From Brevibacterium aurantiacum (GTDB lineage Bacteria > Actinomycetota > Actinomycetes > Actinomycetales > Brevibacteriaceae): 24,000 nucleotides of DNA. Every line of letters begins with the position of its first letter. Within the stretch, counting starts at the first letter, position 1. The translations under genes were made by a program, and so were the position numbers. Shown piece after piece: positions 16,028 through 24,000 of this stretch. The notes under the pieces were generated by a model. It saw nothing but the letters and a program-made list of their open reading frames with translations. It made no database searches and had not been told where the DNA came from. The stretch spans positions 1 through 24,000 of the forward strand of contig NZ_FXZB01000025.1 in assembly GCF_900169065.1 (NCBI RefSeq), read 5' to 3'.

Positions 16028-16813
16028 ATGACGACCGCCTCACCGATGCCCATCGCTCAACTTCGTGATGTTTCGAAGATCTTTGATCCGAACGGGGCAG
16101 CGCTGGTCGCTCTCAACCAGGTCTCTCTCGATATCGCTCCCGCACGTCTGACGGCCGTGATGGGTCCTTCGGGGTCGGGCAAATCCACCCTCATGCACAT
16201 CCTCGCCGGACTCGACCGGCCGAGCTCGGGGACTGTGCACATCGGCGAACGTGAGATCACCGCATTGCGTGAGGATGAGCTCACCGCCCTGCGTCGGCGG
16301 CGGATCGGCTTCGTGTTCCAGGCGTTCAACCTGGTGCCGACCCTCACCGTCAGGGAGAACATCGTGCTGCCCTTCGAACTCGATGATCGCAAGCCCAATG
16401 CCGATGAGCGCGCCTGGATCTCCAGCATCGTCAAGCGCCTCGGCCTCGACGGGCGGCTGAAGCATAGGCCCAGCGAGATCTCGGGCGGACAGCAGCAGCG
16501 CACGGCCATCGCCCGTGCCTTGGCCACCCGACCGGATATCCTCTTCGCCGACGAACCGACCGGCAACCTCGATGGACGGTCGGGCCGCGAGGTCATGGCC
16601 ATCATGTCCGAGGCCGTGCGCGAGCTCGGCCAGTCGATCGTGCTCGTGACGCATGATCCGATCGTGGCCGCCTATGCCGACCGCGTCGTGTTCATTGCCG
16701 ACGGTACGCCCGTCTCAGAGCTCAACGACTCGATCAGCGCCGAGGTGATTGCACAGAAGATGCTCGACCTCGACGCGCAGGCCGAGGCTGTCGAGGCTGG
16801 AGGGCGCCGATGA
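16028..16813 (+). CDS. ABC transporter ATP-binding protein (MacB/LolD/FtsE-like)
   Basis: Walker A GPSGSGKST, signature ISGGQQQR and Walker B ILFADEPTGNLD. The start is ambiguous: ATG 16028, or ATG 16046 (MPIAQLRDV...), which fits the family N-terminus and the candidate promoter better. Confidence 0.9.
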   Translation: MTTASPMPIAQLRDVSKIFDPNGAALVALNQVSLDIAPARLTAVMGPSGSGKSTLMHILAGLDRPSSGTVHIGEREITALREDELTALRRRRIGFVFQAFNLVPTLTVRENIVLPFELDDRKPNADERAWISSIVKRLGLDGRLKHRPSEISGGQQQRTAIARALATRPDILFADEPTGNLDGRSGREVMAIMSEAVRELGQSIVLVTHDPIVAAYADRVVFIADGTPVSELNDSISAEVIAQKMLDLDAQAEAVEAGGRR

Positions 16814-18231
16814 ACCCGATGCGGGAGATCCGGACCAACCCGCGCCAGTTCGCACCCAGCTTCCTCGTCGTCTTCATCGCCGCACTCTTCGGCACAGTCA
16901 TCATGCAGGGCATCGAGATTCTCACGGCCTGGATGTCATCGGCGAAGATCGTCTCCGAGTCCGACACAGCGCAGGGCCTGCTCACAACGGTGGGGCTGGT
17001 CTTCTTCGTCATCGCACTGTTCGTCTCGAGCATCGTCATCGCGAATACGTTCTCCATCATCATCGCCGGTCGCAGCCGTCAACTGGCACTGCTGCGGCTC
17101 ATCGGAGCTTCCTCCCGACGGCTGCGTCGGGCCGCCTCGGTGGAGGGACTGCTCGTTTCGATACCCAGTGCCATCGCCGCGTTCCTCGTTTCCACCGCAC
17201 TTGCGAAGGCAACGACGGCCTACCTCGGCGAACAGATCACCGTGGAACCCGAACTGCTCAGTCCGATGATGTTCCTCCCCGGCGCGGCGACCATCGTCGT
17301 GACTTGGTTCTCCGCGTATCTGGGCGCCCAACGCATCAGCGGCATCTCGCCGATCGAGGCCACCTCTCAGGCTGTCGAGCGTCGCCCCGAGGACGCGCGC
17401 GCTTCGATGGGAGCCTTGGCAGGTGCACTCATCCTGCTGTCCATGGGGATCACCCTCCTCATCAGCGGCGTCGTCGGTGCCAGCGGGAACACGGTGAGTG
17501 TCCTGGGCGTGCTTCTCGTCGCCGTCGGTGCCGCACTGACCTTCGTCGGCGTCATCGTCGGCAACCCGTGGATTCTTCCGCCGCTGCAGACACTGACCGG
17601 GTGGCTGCTCGGCCGAACGGCAACCGCGCGTCTGGCTGCGTCGACGATCGCTCGCCATCCCACCCGCAATGCGCGCACGGTGATCGGACTCGTCATCGGC
17701 ATCACGCTCATCGTCATGTTCGCCACGGCCATGACGACCTTCAGAGATCAGCTCCTCGACTACGCCGAATCGCTCGGCGACGACGGGTGGGGCGGCTTCG
17801 AGGATGTGCTGAAGACCATCATCGATCAGACGATGATGTTCTTCCTCGGCATGGTCCTCTTCTCCGTCATCATCGCCGTCATCGGAGTCGCGAACGCGCT
17901 CACGCTCTCCGTGCGACAGCGCACTCAGGAGATCGGTCTGCTCATGGCCCTCGGCCAGACTCCGCGACGGGTGCGACGCATGATCATCGCCGAGGGGATG
18001 CAGCTGAGCGTGACCGCCTGCCTGGTCGCGGTGCCACTCGGCATCGCTTTCGGTTGGATCGGTGCCCTGGTGCTGCTGTCACCGCTGACTGGATTCTTCG
18101 CTCCGTCCGTGCCCTGGTGGGTGATCATCTCCGTCGTCGCCGGTTCACTTCTGGCCGTGCTCGCCGCCAGCCGTGCCCCGGCACGCGCGGCCACGTCGAT
18201 CAGTCCCGTGGACGCTCTTCAGGCGGTATGA
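16810..18231 (+). CDS. ABC transporter permease, FtsX family (two FtsX modules, no large extracytoplasmic domain)
   Basis: ATGA overlap with the ATPase gene. Two repeats of the FtsX-type loop (RSRQLALLRLIGASSRRLRR; RTQEIGLLMALGQTPRRVRR), each flanked by TM helices. Confidence 0.85.
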   Translation: MNPMREIRTNPRQFAPSFLVVFIAALFGTVIMQGIEILTAWMSSAKIVSESDTAQGLLTTVGLVFFVIALFVSSIVIANTFSIIIAGRSRQLALLRLIGASSRRLRRAASVEGLLVSIPSAIAAFLVSTALAKATTAYLGEQITVEPELLSPMMFLPGAATIVVTWFSAYLGAQRISGISPIEATSQAVERRPEDARASMGALAGALILLSMGITLLISGVVGASGNTVSVLGVLLVAVGAALTFVGVIVGNPWILPPLQTLTGWLLGRTATARLAASTIARHPTRNARTVIGLVIGITLIVMFATAMTTFRDQLLDYAESLGDDGWGGFEDVLKTIIDQTMMFFLGMVLFSVIIAVIGVANALTLSVRQRTQEIGLLMALGQTPRRVRRMIIAEGMQLSVTACLVAVPLGIAFGWIGALVLLSPLTGFFAPSVPWWVIISVVAGSLLAVLAASRAPARAATSISPVDALQAV

Positions 18232-18232
18232 G

Positions 18233-18254
18233 CCCTGGCCCTCGCCGAGGTGGG
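18233..18254. terminator. Bidirectional hairpin filling the 25-nt gap between convergent stops; contains the reverse complement of the 14-mer (CCTCGCCGAGGTGG, 18240-18253)
   Basis: CCC..CCTC-GCC-GAGG-(T)-GGG pairing read directly. It lies between the permease stop (18229-18231) and the phosphotransferase stop (18257-18259). Confidence 0.55.
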
Positions 18255-18256
18255 TC

Positions 18257-20770
18257 TCAGTCCGGTGTCACCGTGCCGTTGCTGCCGTTGACGCTCACAG
18301 TCTGGCCCGAGGTGAAGCGGCTGGTGGCGTCTCGGACGGCCATGACTGCGGGCAGGCCGAGTTCACGAGCTGTGACCGCGCCGTGGGAGAGTGCTCCGCC
18401 GCTTTCTGTGATGACGCCGCTGGCCTGGTAGAACAGAGCCGTCCACGCCGGATTTGTGGTCCGGGCGACGAGGATCGCCCCGTCCGGGAAGGATGAGAAG
18501 TCCTCGGGGCTGTGGACGACGAAGACCTCACCTGTGACCTCGCCGGGACTGCCGGCGGTTCCCTTGATGAAGTCACCGTCCGTGTCATCGCCGACCTCGG
18601 GAGCACGACCATGCTCCCATTCGGGAGTCCGTGAGACCGCTTCCTGATACCCGGCCTTGTTCTTCTCCGCGATCGCAGTTAGGCCAGCCAGAGCCTCGGC
18701 GGGGGAGTGCTGCCCGTCGGCACCACGGATCGCTGCGTTGAGGGGCTCATAGTTGATGAAGTAGACGTCCATGGGGTCGGTGAGGACACCTTGGTCGACG
18801 AGCCGGCGACCAAGTTCGCGCAGGGCTCGGCGCATCGGCAGCGTCAGGCGTGTGGTCTGGTAGTGCTCCAGGTCATCGAGCGCCGTGTACGCCCGTGCCA
18901 GACGGATGACCTCCTGGACCAGATAGCGCAGCTTCTCCGGGGCGGCATTGATCACTTCACGCTCGGTCTCGGCCTGCAAGACCTTGCGCTCCAGGTCAGA
19001 GTCCGCTGCGGCGTTCGTCTCCCGGTCGGCCAGCAGGCGGACCTGATCGAGGACGATGTGCGGGGCCTCGACCCAGGTCGGATGGTAGGCATCGAAGTCG
19101 AGTTCACGGTGGCCATGCTTGGCGAGGGAGGTCGCGAATTCCTCGAAGAAGGCGGGGAAATCATCGAGAACCGCCAGTCCCTCTTCTCCGGTGTGGCTGC
19201 GCAGCGTCGAGACCAGCTCGGGATTGCTGCGCACCGTGCGTGAAAGCTCCCAGAGTTCTGCGTTGACCTGCGAGGTCTTCGTCTCTGTCGATGCCAGCAG
19301 CCGTTCGAATACGACTTGCGCAGTCTCCTTGTCCAGCGCCATCTCGAGCATGTGCGAGAGCGCTCCGTAGAGGGTCTGCTGCGTCAGGGAGATCGCGATA
19401 TTGGGGCGGAAGTACTCGGTGCCGAGGTCGCTGATGGCGATCACGTGATCCCACACCTCGGCCAGCGACTTGTCCTCCAAAGGTTCGTGGGACAGCTTGC
19501 CGATGCCCATGAGATATGTGTCGAGATCACGCATCCACCGCACCGGCAGCTCCTGCACCCAGCCGAACTGAGAAGCGATCTCCGGCAGAGATTCGGTGAT
19601 GGTCTCGACGCTGGAGAGCATCTTCGTCGGCAGTCTCCCGGCGTAGAGGTCGACGGCCGTCTGGTTGCCGTAGATGTAGAAGTCGCGCATCACGAACCAT
19701 TTGTCGTCAAAGGGCGGCAGGCCCATGAGGTCGAAGCTGTGGTTGAGTGAGTAGTGGAACCCTGCCTCGACGAGATCCCAGGTCAGAGGCGTCACAGGAG
19801 TGGGGAATCGTTCAGCGGATTCGTCCCGGGTCCACCGAGGTGCGACGCGAGTGATCGGTCGCGACTGCAGGAGGAAGAGGTCATCACCGCTGAAGGCCCA
19901 TTCGATGTCCTGCGGGAAACCGAAATGGTCCTCCGCGCGGACGGAGAGTTCGGCCACCGCTCGAGCCTGTTCAGCAGTCAGCGCCGGACGAGTCTGCTGA
20001 TCCTCGCCGAGGTGGACCTCCCTCGTGCGCGCATCGCCGTGCCCATCCATGACGAGTGCCTTGGGTTTGTCCGCGATCTCTGCTGCGACCTGGGTGCCGT
20101 CGGCGCGAGCGATGCGGAATTCGTCGACTGGTTCCTCGCCGCCGACGACGGTCTCGCCGAGACCGAACGCCGCATTGATGAGGACCTCGTCCGTGTTGCC
20201 GCGCACCGGATCGACGGAGAACGCGACCCCGGCAGCCTCCTCGGCGCCGACTGCGACCATGAGCTGGACGACGACGGCCATCTTCGCCTCCAGCTGGTCA
20301 ACCCCGAGCTGCTGGCGGTAACGGAAGGCGTGCGGGTTCCATAGTGAGGCATAGCAGTCGCGCACCGCCTCGGCGATGGCGTGTGTTCCGCGAACACCGA
20401 GGTAGGTGTCGTGCTGACCGGCGAAGGCCGCTCCGGGCAGATCTTCCATGGTCCCCGAGGAACGCACCGCCACGGCCTCATCTCTCAGGCCAGCAGCCTG
20501 AGCCGCCGCCTCGAAGTCAGCGAGCCAGGAATCGGGGACCGGGGTGCTGCGGATGAGGTCACCGATCGCCTCGGCGGGGTGCTCTGTGTCCATGAGCTCG
20601 GTGATCTGTGACTGCAGGGGTGTGACGAACTGAGTGTAGGCCTCGGCGGTGACGATGAAGCCGCCGGGAACGGGCAGATTCTGCGCGGACTTCGCGAGAC
20701 TGGCGCCCTTGCCGCCGCTGGTCGCCAGTTCTGTGGCGAGAGGATCGGTGAAGCCGAGGGTGAGTGTCAC
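18257..20770 (-). CDS. PEP-utilising phosphotransferase (PPDK_N ATP-grasp + large central domain + C-terminal swivelling phosphohistidine domain), with rifampicin-phosphotransferase (RPH)-like architecture
   Basis: N-terminus TSGGKGASLAKSAQNLPVPGGFIVT, matching the PEP/pyruvate-binding domain. C-terminus ARTTNPAWTALFYQASGVITESGGALSHGAVTARELGLPAV, matching the mobile His domain. Start moved to GTG 20770, which is preceded by AAGGAG with a 5-nt spacer. The ORF-track TTG at 20803 has no Shine-Dalgarno. Confidence 0.8.
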   Translation of the reverse strand: MTLTLGFTDPLATELATSGGKGASLAKSAQNLPVPGGFIVTAEAYTQFVTPLQSQITELMDTEHPAEAIGDLIRSTPVPDSWLADFEAAAQAAGLRDEAVAVRSSGTMEDLPGAAFAGQHDTYLGVRGTHAIAEAVRDCYASLWNPHAFRYRQQLGVDQLEAKMAVVVQLMVAVGAEEAAGVAFSVDPVRGNTDEVLINAAFGLGETVVGGEEPVDEFRIARADGTQVAAEIADKPKALVMDGHGDARTREVHLGEDQQTRPALTAEQARAVAELSVRAEDHFGFPQDIEWAFSGDDLFLLQSRPITRVAPRWTRDESAERFPTPVTPLTWDLVEAGFHYSLNHSFDLMGLPPFDDKWFVMRDFYIYGNQTAVDLYAGRLPTKMLSSVETITESLPEIASQFGWVQELPVRWMRDLDTYLMGIGKLSHEPLEDKSLAEVWDHVIAISDLGTEYFRPNIAISLTQQTLYGALSHMLEMALDKETAQVVFERLLASTETKTSQVNAELWELSRTVRSNPELVSTLRSHTGEEGLAVLDDFPAFFEEFATSLAKHGHRELDFDAYHPTWVEAPHIVLDQVRLLADRETNAAADSDLERKVLQAETEREVINAAPEKLRYLVQEVIRLARAYTALDDLEHYQTTRLTLPMRRALRELGRRLVDQGVLTDPMDVYFINYEPLNAAIRGADGQHSPAEALAGLTAIAEKNKAGYQEAVSRTPEWEHGRAPEVGDDTDGDFIKGTAGSPGEVTGEVFVVHSPEDFSSFPDGAILVARTTNPAWTALFYQASGVITESGGALSHGAVTARELGLPAVMAVRDATSRFTSGQTVSVNGSNGTVTPD

Positions 20771-20830
20771 GAGTGCTCCTTGAGATGTCGCAGGTGGGTG
20801 CAAATGTCGAAGGGTCAGAGGTCGATCGGG

Positions 20831-21976
20831 TCACAGACGGAAGCGACGCAGGCCCAACAGCAGCCAGCCGCAGACCGCACTGACGATGCCGATTCCGATG
20901 ACCAAGGGCCAGAAGAATGCGGCAACGATGAGTACCGTTACCCAGACCATAACCGCTGCGAAGCTCCCGAGGAGTCGGAAGAATGTGACAGTATTGCGAC
21001 CGTCTGCGCGCGAGCCGGCAAAGGCAGCTGCTCCGAGTACGGGAGCGAAGAGCCACATGAGTGCGAGCCCCACCCAGCGCAGCACGGTGACCGCGAGACT
21101 CGCAGCCGCGGGTGCGCCATCAGCTGCGGCCGTGGTCGATTCACGCTGCAGGTCCAGGAAGGCCTTCGCGAACGTGGCCGCTCCGCCCGAGGTACTGCGG
21201 GCGACGTCGAGCGCGTTCGCCTGGATCCGTTCGAAGGTCTCCTCATCGGGACAGTTCACCGAGACCTCGTCGAGGGCCGATCCCATCGCCGAGGCGACCT
21301 GATCCTCCCACACAGATCGATCCTGGCCATTGCGGTCAGGAATCGTGATCGACTTCCCGCGGACCACCTCGGCGCGGGAACGGAACCGGTCAGGAGTCGA
21401 ATAGAAGAGACCGACCGGGATGACCTCGAGATCGATGCCCTCCTCGATCAGGGTGCAGGCGATGCGGGCGGCACCCGACTTGTAGTGCTGGGGTCGGTGG
21501 CCCCACTCGCTGCTGGCTTCGGGGAAGATGCCCAGATCACCACCTCGGCGCAGGTGTGCAGTACCGGCTTCGACCGGACTGGTCACCGAAGCTGGATCGA
21601 GGTTGTAGCGTTCGACGTCCTTGGGACGGACGACGGGAATGCCGGCGATGAAGAGACGCAGGAACCAGCTGCGGATGAGCTGGATCGAGATGAGGAACTG
21701 GACGCGCGGGAATGCGGCGAGAACCTGATGACCGTCGATGGCTCCATTGCGGTGACTGGAGATGATGAGGCGCGGGGGTGATCGTGTAGTGGAGTCGCTC
21801 GAGGATTCGTCGCGGACGAAGGTTTTGCTCCGGTCTGCGGACTCGTTCCTGGCAGCGGGATCGGCACCGACGTCGAGGACAGGGATGCGACCGAAGTACA
21901 CGGTGCGCATGGCGGCGTTGATGAACCGGTGCCCCCAACCCAGGGAAGCCGCTGTCTGCTCAGCCTTCGAGGACAT
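20831..21976 (-). CDS. Lysophospholipid/glycerolipid acyltransferase family protein (PlsC/LPLAT-like) with C-terminal TM anchor
   Basis: Acyltransferase motifs SSHRNGAIDG and LGIFPEASSEWG, and three C-terminal hydrophobic helices. The start at ATG 21976 (MSSKAEQ...) overlaps the upstream stop by 17 nt. The ORF-track start at 22084 would lie inside the upstream gene. Confidence 0.72.
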   Translation of the reverse strand: MSSKAEQTAASLGWGHRFINAAMRTVYFGRIPVLDVGADPAARNESADRSKTFVRDESSSDSTTRSPPRLIISSHRNGAIDGHQVLAAFPRVQFLISIQLIRSWFLRLFIAGIPVVRPKDVERYNLDPASVTSPVEAGTAHLRRGGDLGIFPEASSEWGHRPQHYKSGAARIACTLIEEGIDLEVIPVGLFYSTPDRFRSRAEVVRGKSITIPDRNGQDRSVWEDQVASAMGSALDEVSVNCPDEETFERIQANALDVARSTSGGAATFAKAFLDLQRESTTAAADGAPAAASLAVTVLRWVGLALMWLFAPVLGAAAFAGSRADGRNTVTFFRLLGSFAAVMVWVTVLIVAAFFWPLVIGIGIVSAVCGWLLLGLRRFRL

Positions 21977-22355
21977 CGCGCAGACGTTCCAAATCCTTCT
22001 CCACTGCCGCGATATCCCGGGCGAATTCCTCGTCACTGACATTCGGGAGGCGGTAGACGGTGAAGACGACCTCGCTGACGTCATCGTTGTGAAGTACCCG
22101 CAGCGGATTGTGCATGCTGGTGCCGTCCGGGAAGATCACGTCGTGGTCGAGGATCCCGAATTCGATGCCAGGACGGAACTTGACCTCGACCTCACCCATC
22201 GGCGAATCGGTGATCCACCTTCCTGCCTCATTGCGTATGCCCTCACTCAGGCCCGCGGCCCACTGCGTGAGGTTTGCCGGATTGCCGGCGAAGACAGCGA
22301 TGTCGGAGGGGTCTCGGCGGATCGTCTGCGAAATGTGGTGCGCGTCGAAGCTCAT
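21960..22355 (-). CDS. Small SRPBCC/START-like (polyketide cyclase/AHSA1-like) protein, 131 aa
   Basis: Size and N-terminal pattern (HISQTIRRDPSDIAVFAGNPANLTQWAAGL) are typical of SRPBCC ligand-binding proteins. The assignment comes from recall of family patterns only. Confidence 0.5.
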   Translation of the reverse strand: MSFDAHHISQTIRRDPSDIAVFAGNPANLTQWAAGLSEGIRNEAGRWITDSPMGEVEVKFRPGIEFGILDHDVIFPDGTSMHNPLRVLHNDDVSEVVFTVYRLPNVSDEEFARDIAAVEKDLERLRDVLEG

Positions 22356-22519
22356 GCACCCAGTGCATCACAGGAAGGTGGTCTTCACCAGAGCGCGTTG
22401 TCACGGAATCCATGGACGAGTTCACCTCCAGGTACCGAGCCGTTCACTTTCCGGCGTTCATCGCTCGTTAGCCTGACGGCGACATTCCGGAAACCGCGCA
22501 AAGGGCACTCAACATCAAT

Positions 22520-24000
22520 ATGAAACGAATGACGATGATCGGCGACATCGGGTGGAGCCGCTTCTACCACCTCGGCGACGAAGCGATGACCGAGTTCGCA
22601 CTCGATGCGCTCCGTGCCCGAGCCGATGTCGAAATCACGCTCATTGCCGGTGAACCCGAATACGCGGCGAAGATGTACGGGGTCGATGCCGTTTCCCGGA
22701 TCGGCTTCAAGCGGGACCGGCCGCCGAACATCACACGGATGCGCACGATCCTCGACTATGCGGAATCCGGCGGGGAGAAGGGCGGACTCGCCGCCGATGA
22801 CCCCGCGATCCGCGTGATCGAAACCGTGCGGAACTCCGATGCCGTTCTCATCGCCGGCGGAGGAAACCTCAACTCGATGTTCGCTCAGCACATCTTCGAG
22901 CGGGCGACCCTGGCCAAGCTTGCTCGGATATTCGATAAGCCTTATGCGCTGACGAGTCAGACGCTGGGCCCGCTGATCTACGATGAGGATCGGGGCATCG
23001 TCCACGATCTGCTGGCAGAGGCCGAGTTCGTCGGCACCCGCGAAAGCTACACCACCCAGCTCGCCGGCGAGCTGGGTGCAGGAGACGCGAAGATCCGTCG
23101 CCAGGTCGACGATGCGTTCTCACTCACTGCCGGTGATGCGGACAGGGAAGCGGTCGCGGATCTGACAGACAAGCCGTTCATTGTGGCCAGCTTCGCTGAG
23201 AAGGCATCCTCGCCGATGATCACCGACTCCGACTACAGGCTGCGCGTGATCGAGATCGTCAGGAGAATCGCAGAGGAGACCGGTCTGCGGCTGCTGCTGG
23301 TGCCCCATGGTGGTGCGTTCGCGCCCGCTCCGCAGACGCGGGACCAGCTCACCGACGCCCAGATCGCGGACTCTGCTGACAACGATTTGGTGCAGCCGAC
23401 CCGAATGCTCACGGCCCGTCAGCTCGTCGCCCTGACCGAACGCGCCGAATTCGTCATCGGCACCCGGTACCACGCTGGGATCTTCGCCGGAGCGGCCGCG
23501 GTTCCGTTCATCTCACTGGCTCCCAACCTCTACTCTTCGATCCGGATGAGGGGTGCTGCAGAGAACGTGGGCATGCGCGACTTCGTGCTCCCTCTCGACT
23601 CGATCGACGACATCGTCGACACGGCAGTCGGCGTGGCCCGAAACCGAGATTCGCTGCAGACGACCCTGCGCCAACGTTCGGTCGCGCGGCGGGAGGAACA
23701 CCGGAAGTGGTGGGACTTCCTCGTCGAGACCACCATCGGTTCTGAGGAAGCCCGAGTGCCGGGCGATGAGCGTGCAGGTGAGCTTACGGAAGCGCCGGGC
23801 TTCTTTCATGCGGACGAAGTGCCGAACGACTACGTCGCCAATGTCGAGTTGGTCCGTGAACGACTCAACTCCGTCCAGGACTACGGTCTCGTGATGGCGG
23901 TGAAGGATCGCCGCGCGGCCTTGGCCCGCACCGAGGTCAACCGGTTGAAGGACAAGCTCAGACGTGCAGAGGACAAGGTCGAACGCACAGAGGCGAGACT
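22520..24000 (+). CDS. Polysaccharide pyruvyl transferase family protein (CsaB/WcaK-like) with coiled-coil C-terminal extension; 3'-partial (continues beyond the window)
   Basis: This ORF is not in the ORF track because it is open-ended. My translation: MKRMTMIGDIGWSRFYHLGDEAM...AVLIAGGGNLNS...FVIGTRYHAGIFAGAAAVPFISL..., then ...RTEVNRLKDKLRRAEDKVERTEAR. The GD.G....LGDEA and G.R.H..I.A motifs are characteristic of the family. The start could also be ATG 22529 or 22535. Confidence 0.8.
   Translation, partial: MKRMTMIGDIGWSRFYHLGDEAMTEFALDALRARADVEITLIAGEPEYAAKMYGVDAVSRIGFKRDRPPNITRMRTILDYAESGGEKGGLAADDPAIRVIETVRNSDAVLIAGGGNLNSMFAQHIFERATLAKLARIFDKPYALTSQTLGPLIYDEDRGIVHDLLAEAEFVGTRESYTTQLAGELGAGDAKIRRQVDDAFSLTAGDADREAVADLTDKPFIVASFAEKASSPMITDSDYRLRVIEIVRRIAEETGLRLLLVPHGGAFAPAPQTRDQLTDAQIADSADNDLVQPTRMLTARQLVALTERAEFVIGTRYHAGIFAGAAAVPFISLAPNLYSSIRMRGAAENVGMRDFVLPLDSIDDIVDTAVGVARNRDSLQTTLRQRSVARREEHRKWWDFLVETTIGSEEARVPGDERAGELTEAPGFFHADEVPNDYVANVELVRERLNSVQDYGLVMAVKDRRAALARTEVNRLKDKLRRAEDKVERTEAR

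Noticed and set aside
16749-18431. 560-aa + strand ORF, longer than the permease ORF it overlaps
   Set aside because: The translation is Arg/His/Pro-rich with no TM or domain character, which is a typical alternative-frame artefact of high-GC DNA. The 16810..18231 frame has clear FtsX motifs, TM helices and ATGA coupling to the ATPase.
20002-20015. Exact reverse-complement copy of the 14-mer inside the phosphotransferase CDS (and a 12-nt match at 22567-22578 in the pyruvyl transferase CDS)
   Set aside because: Both read His-Leu-Gly-Glu/Asp in the preferred codons CAC CTC GGC GAG/GAC. They are plausibly codon-driven coincidences, so I did not count them as members of the intergenic repeat family.
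20780-21781. 333-aa + strand ORF antisense to the acyltransferase
   Set aside because: It is Asp/Arg/Gly-rich with no motifs, while the opposite strand carries acyltransferase motifs and TM helices.

Overview
High-GC actinobacterial chromosomal segment. The protein sequences look Micrococcales/Brevibacterium-like, but that is inference only. The backbone is the conserved actinobacterial block pmt(-) / rsmI-metG-tatD-rpfB(+), followed by a CIRCE-controlled groES-groEL operon. Lineage-specific additions are: (i) at the left edge, a compact two-gene nonulosonic-acid module, a NeuB-like synthase plus a NeuA cytidylyltransferase fused to a KdsC-type HAD phosphatase; (ii) three tandem DUF4190 membrane-protein paralogs with Q/N/Y/P/G-rich N-termini, wedged between pmt and rsmI; (iii) an IS3-family element inserted at the apex of a palindrome in the tatD-rpfB intergenic region, with a readable -1 frameshift site and an apparently frameshifted orfA; (iv) a MacB/FtsX-type ABC transporter; (v) a minus-strand operon of an SRPBCC protein, a membrane-anchored LPLAT acyltransferase and a PEP-utilising phosphotransferase with rifampicin-phosphotransferase-like architecture; (vi) a polysaccharide pyruvyl transferase whose coiled-coil tail runs off the window. 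I saw no CRISPR array, tRNA/rRNA gene or recognisable defence system. The observations most worth follow-up are non-coding. A GC-rich palindromic motif family (core CCACCTCGGCGAGG) recurs in 3'-intergenic positions. Two long structured leader/trailer regions (1-242 and 11931-12195) contain c-di-AMP (ydaO)-riboswitch-like segments. The IS sits inside a hairpin loop. The inferred minimal CMP-Kdn-type pathway is the main coding-side finding. All non-ORF coordinates were counted by hand and may be off by 1-2 nt.
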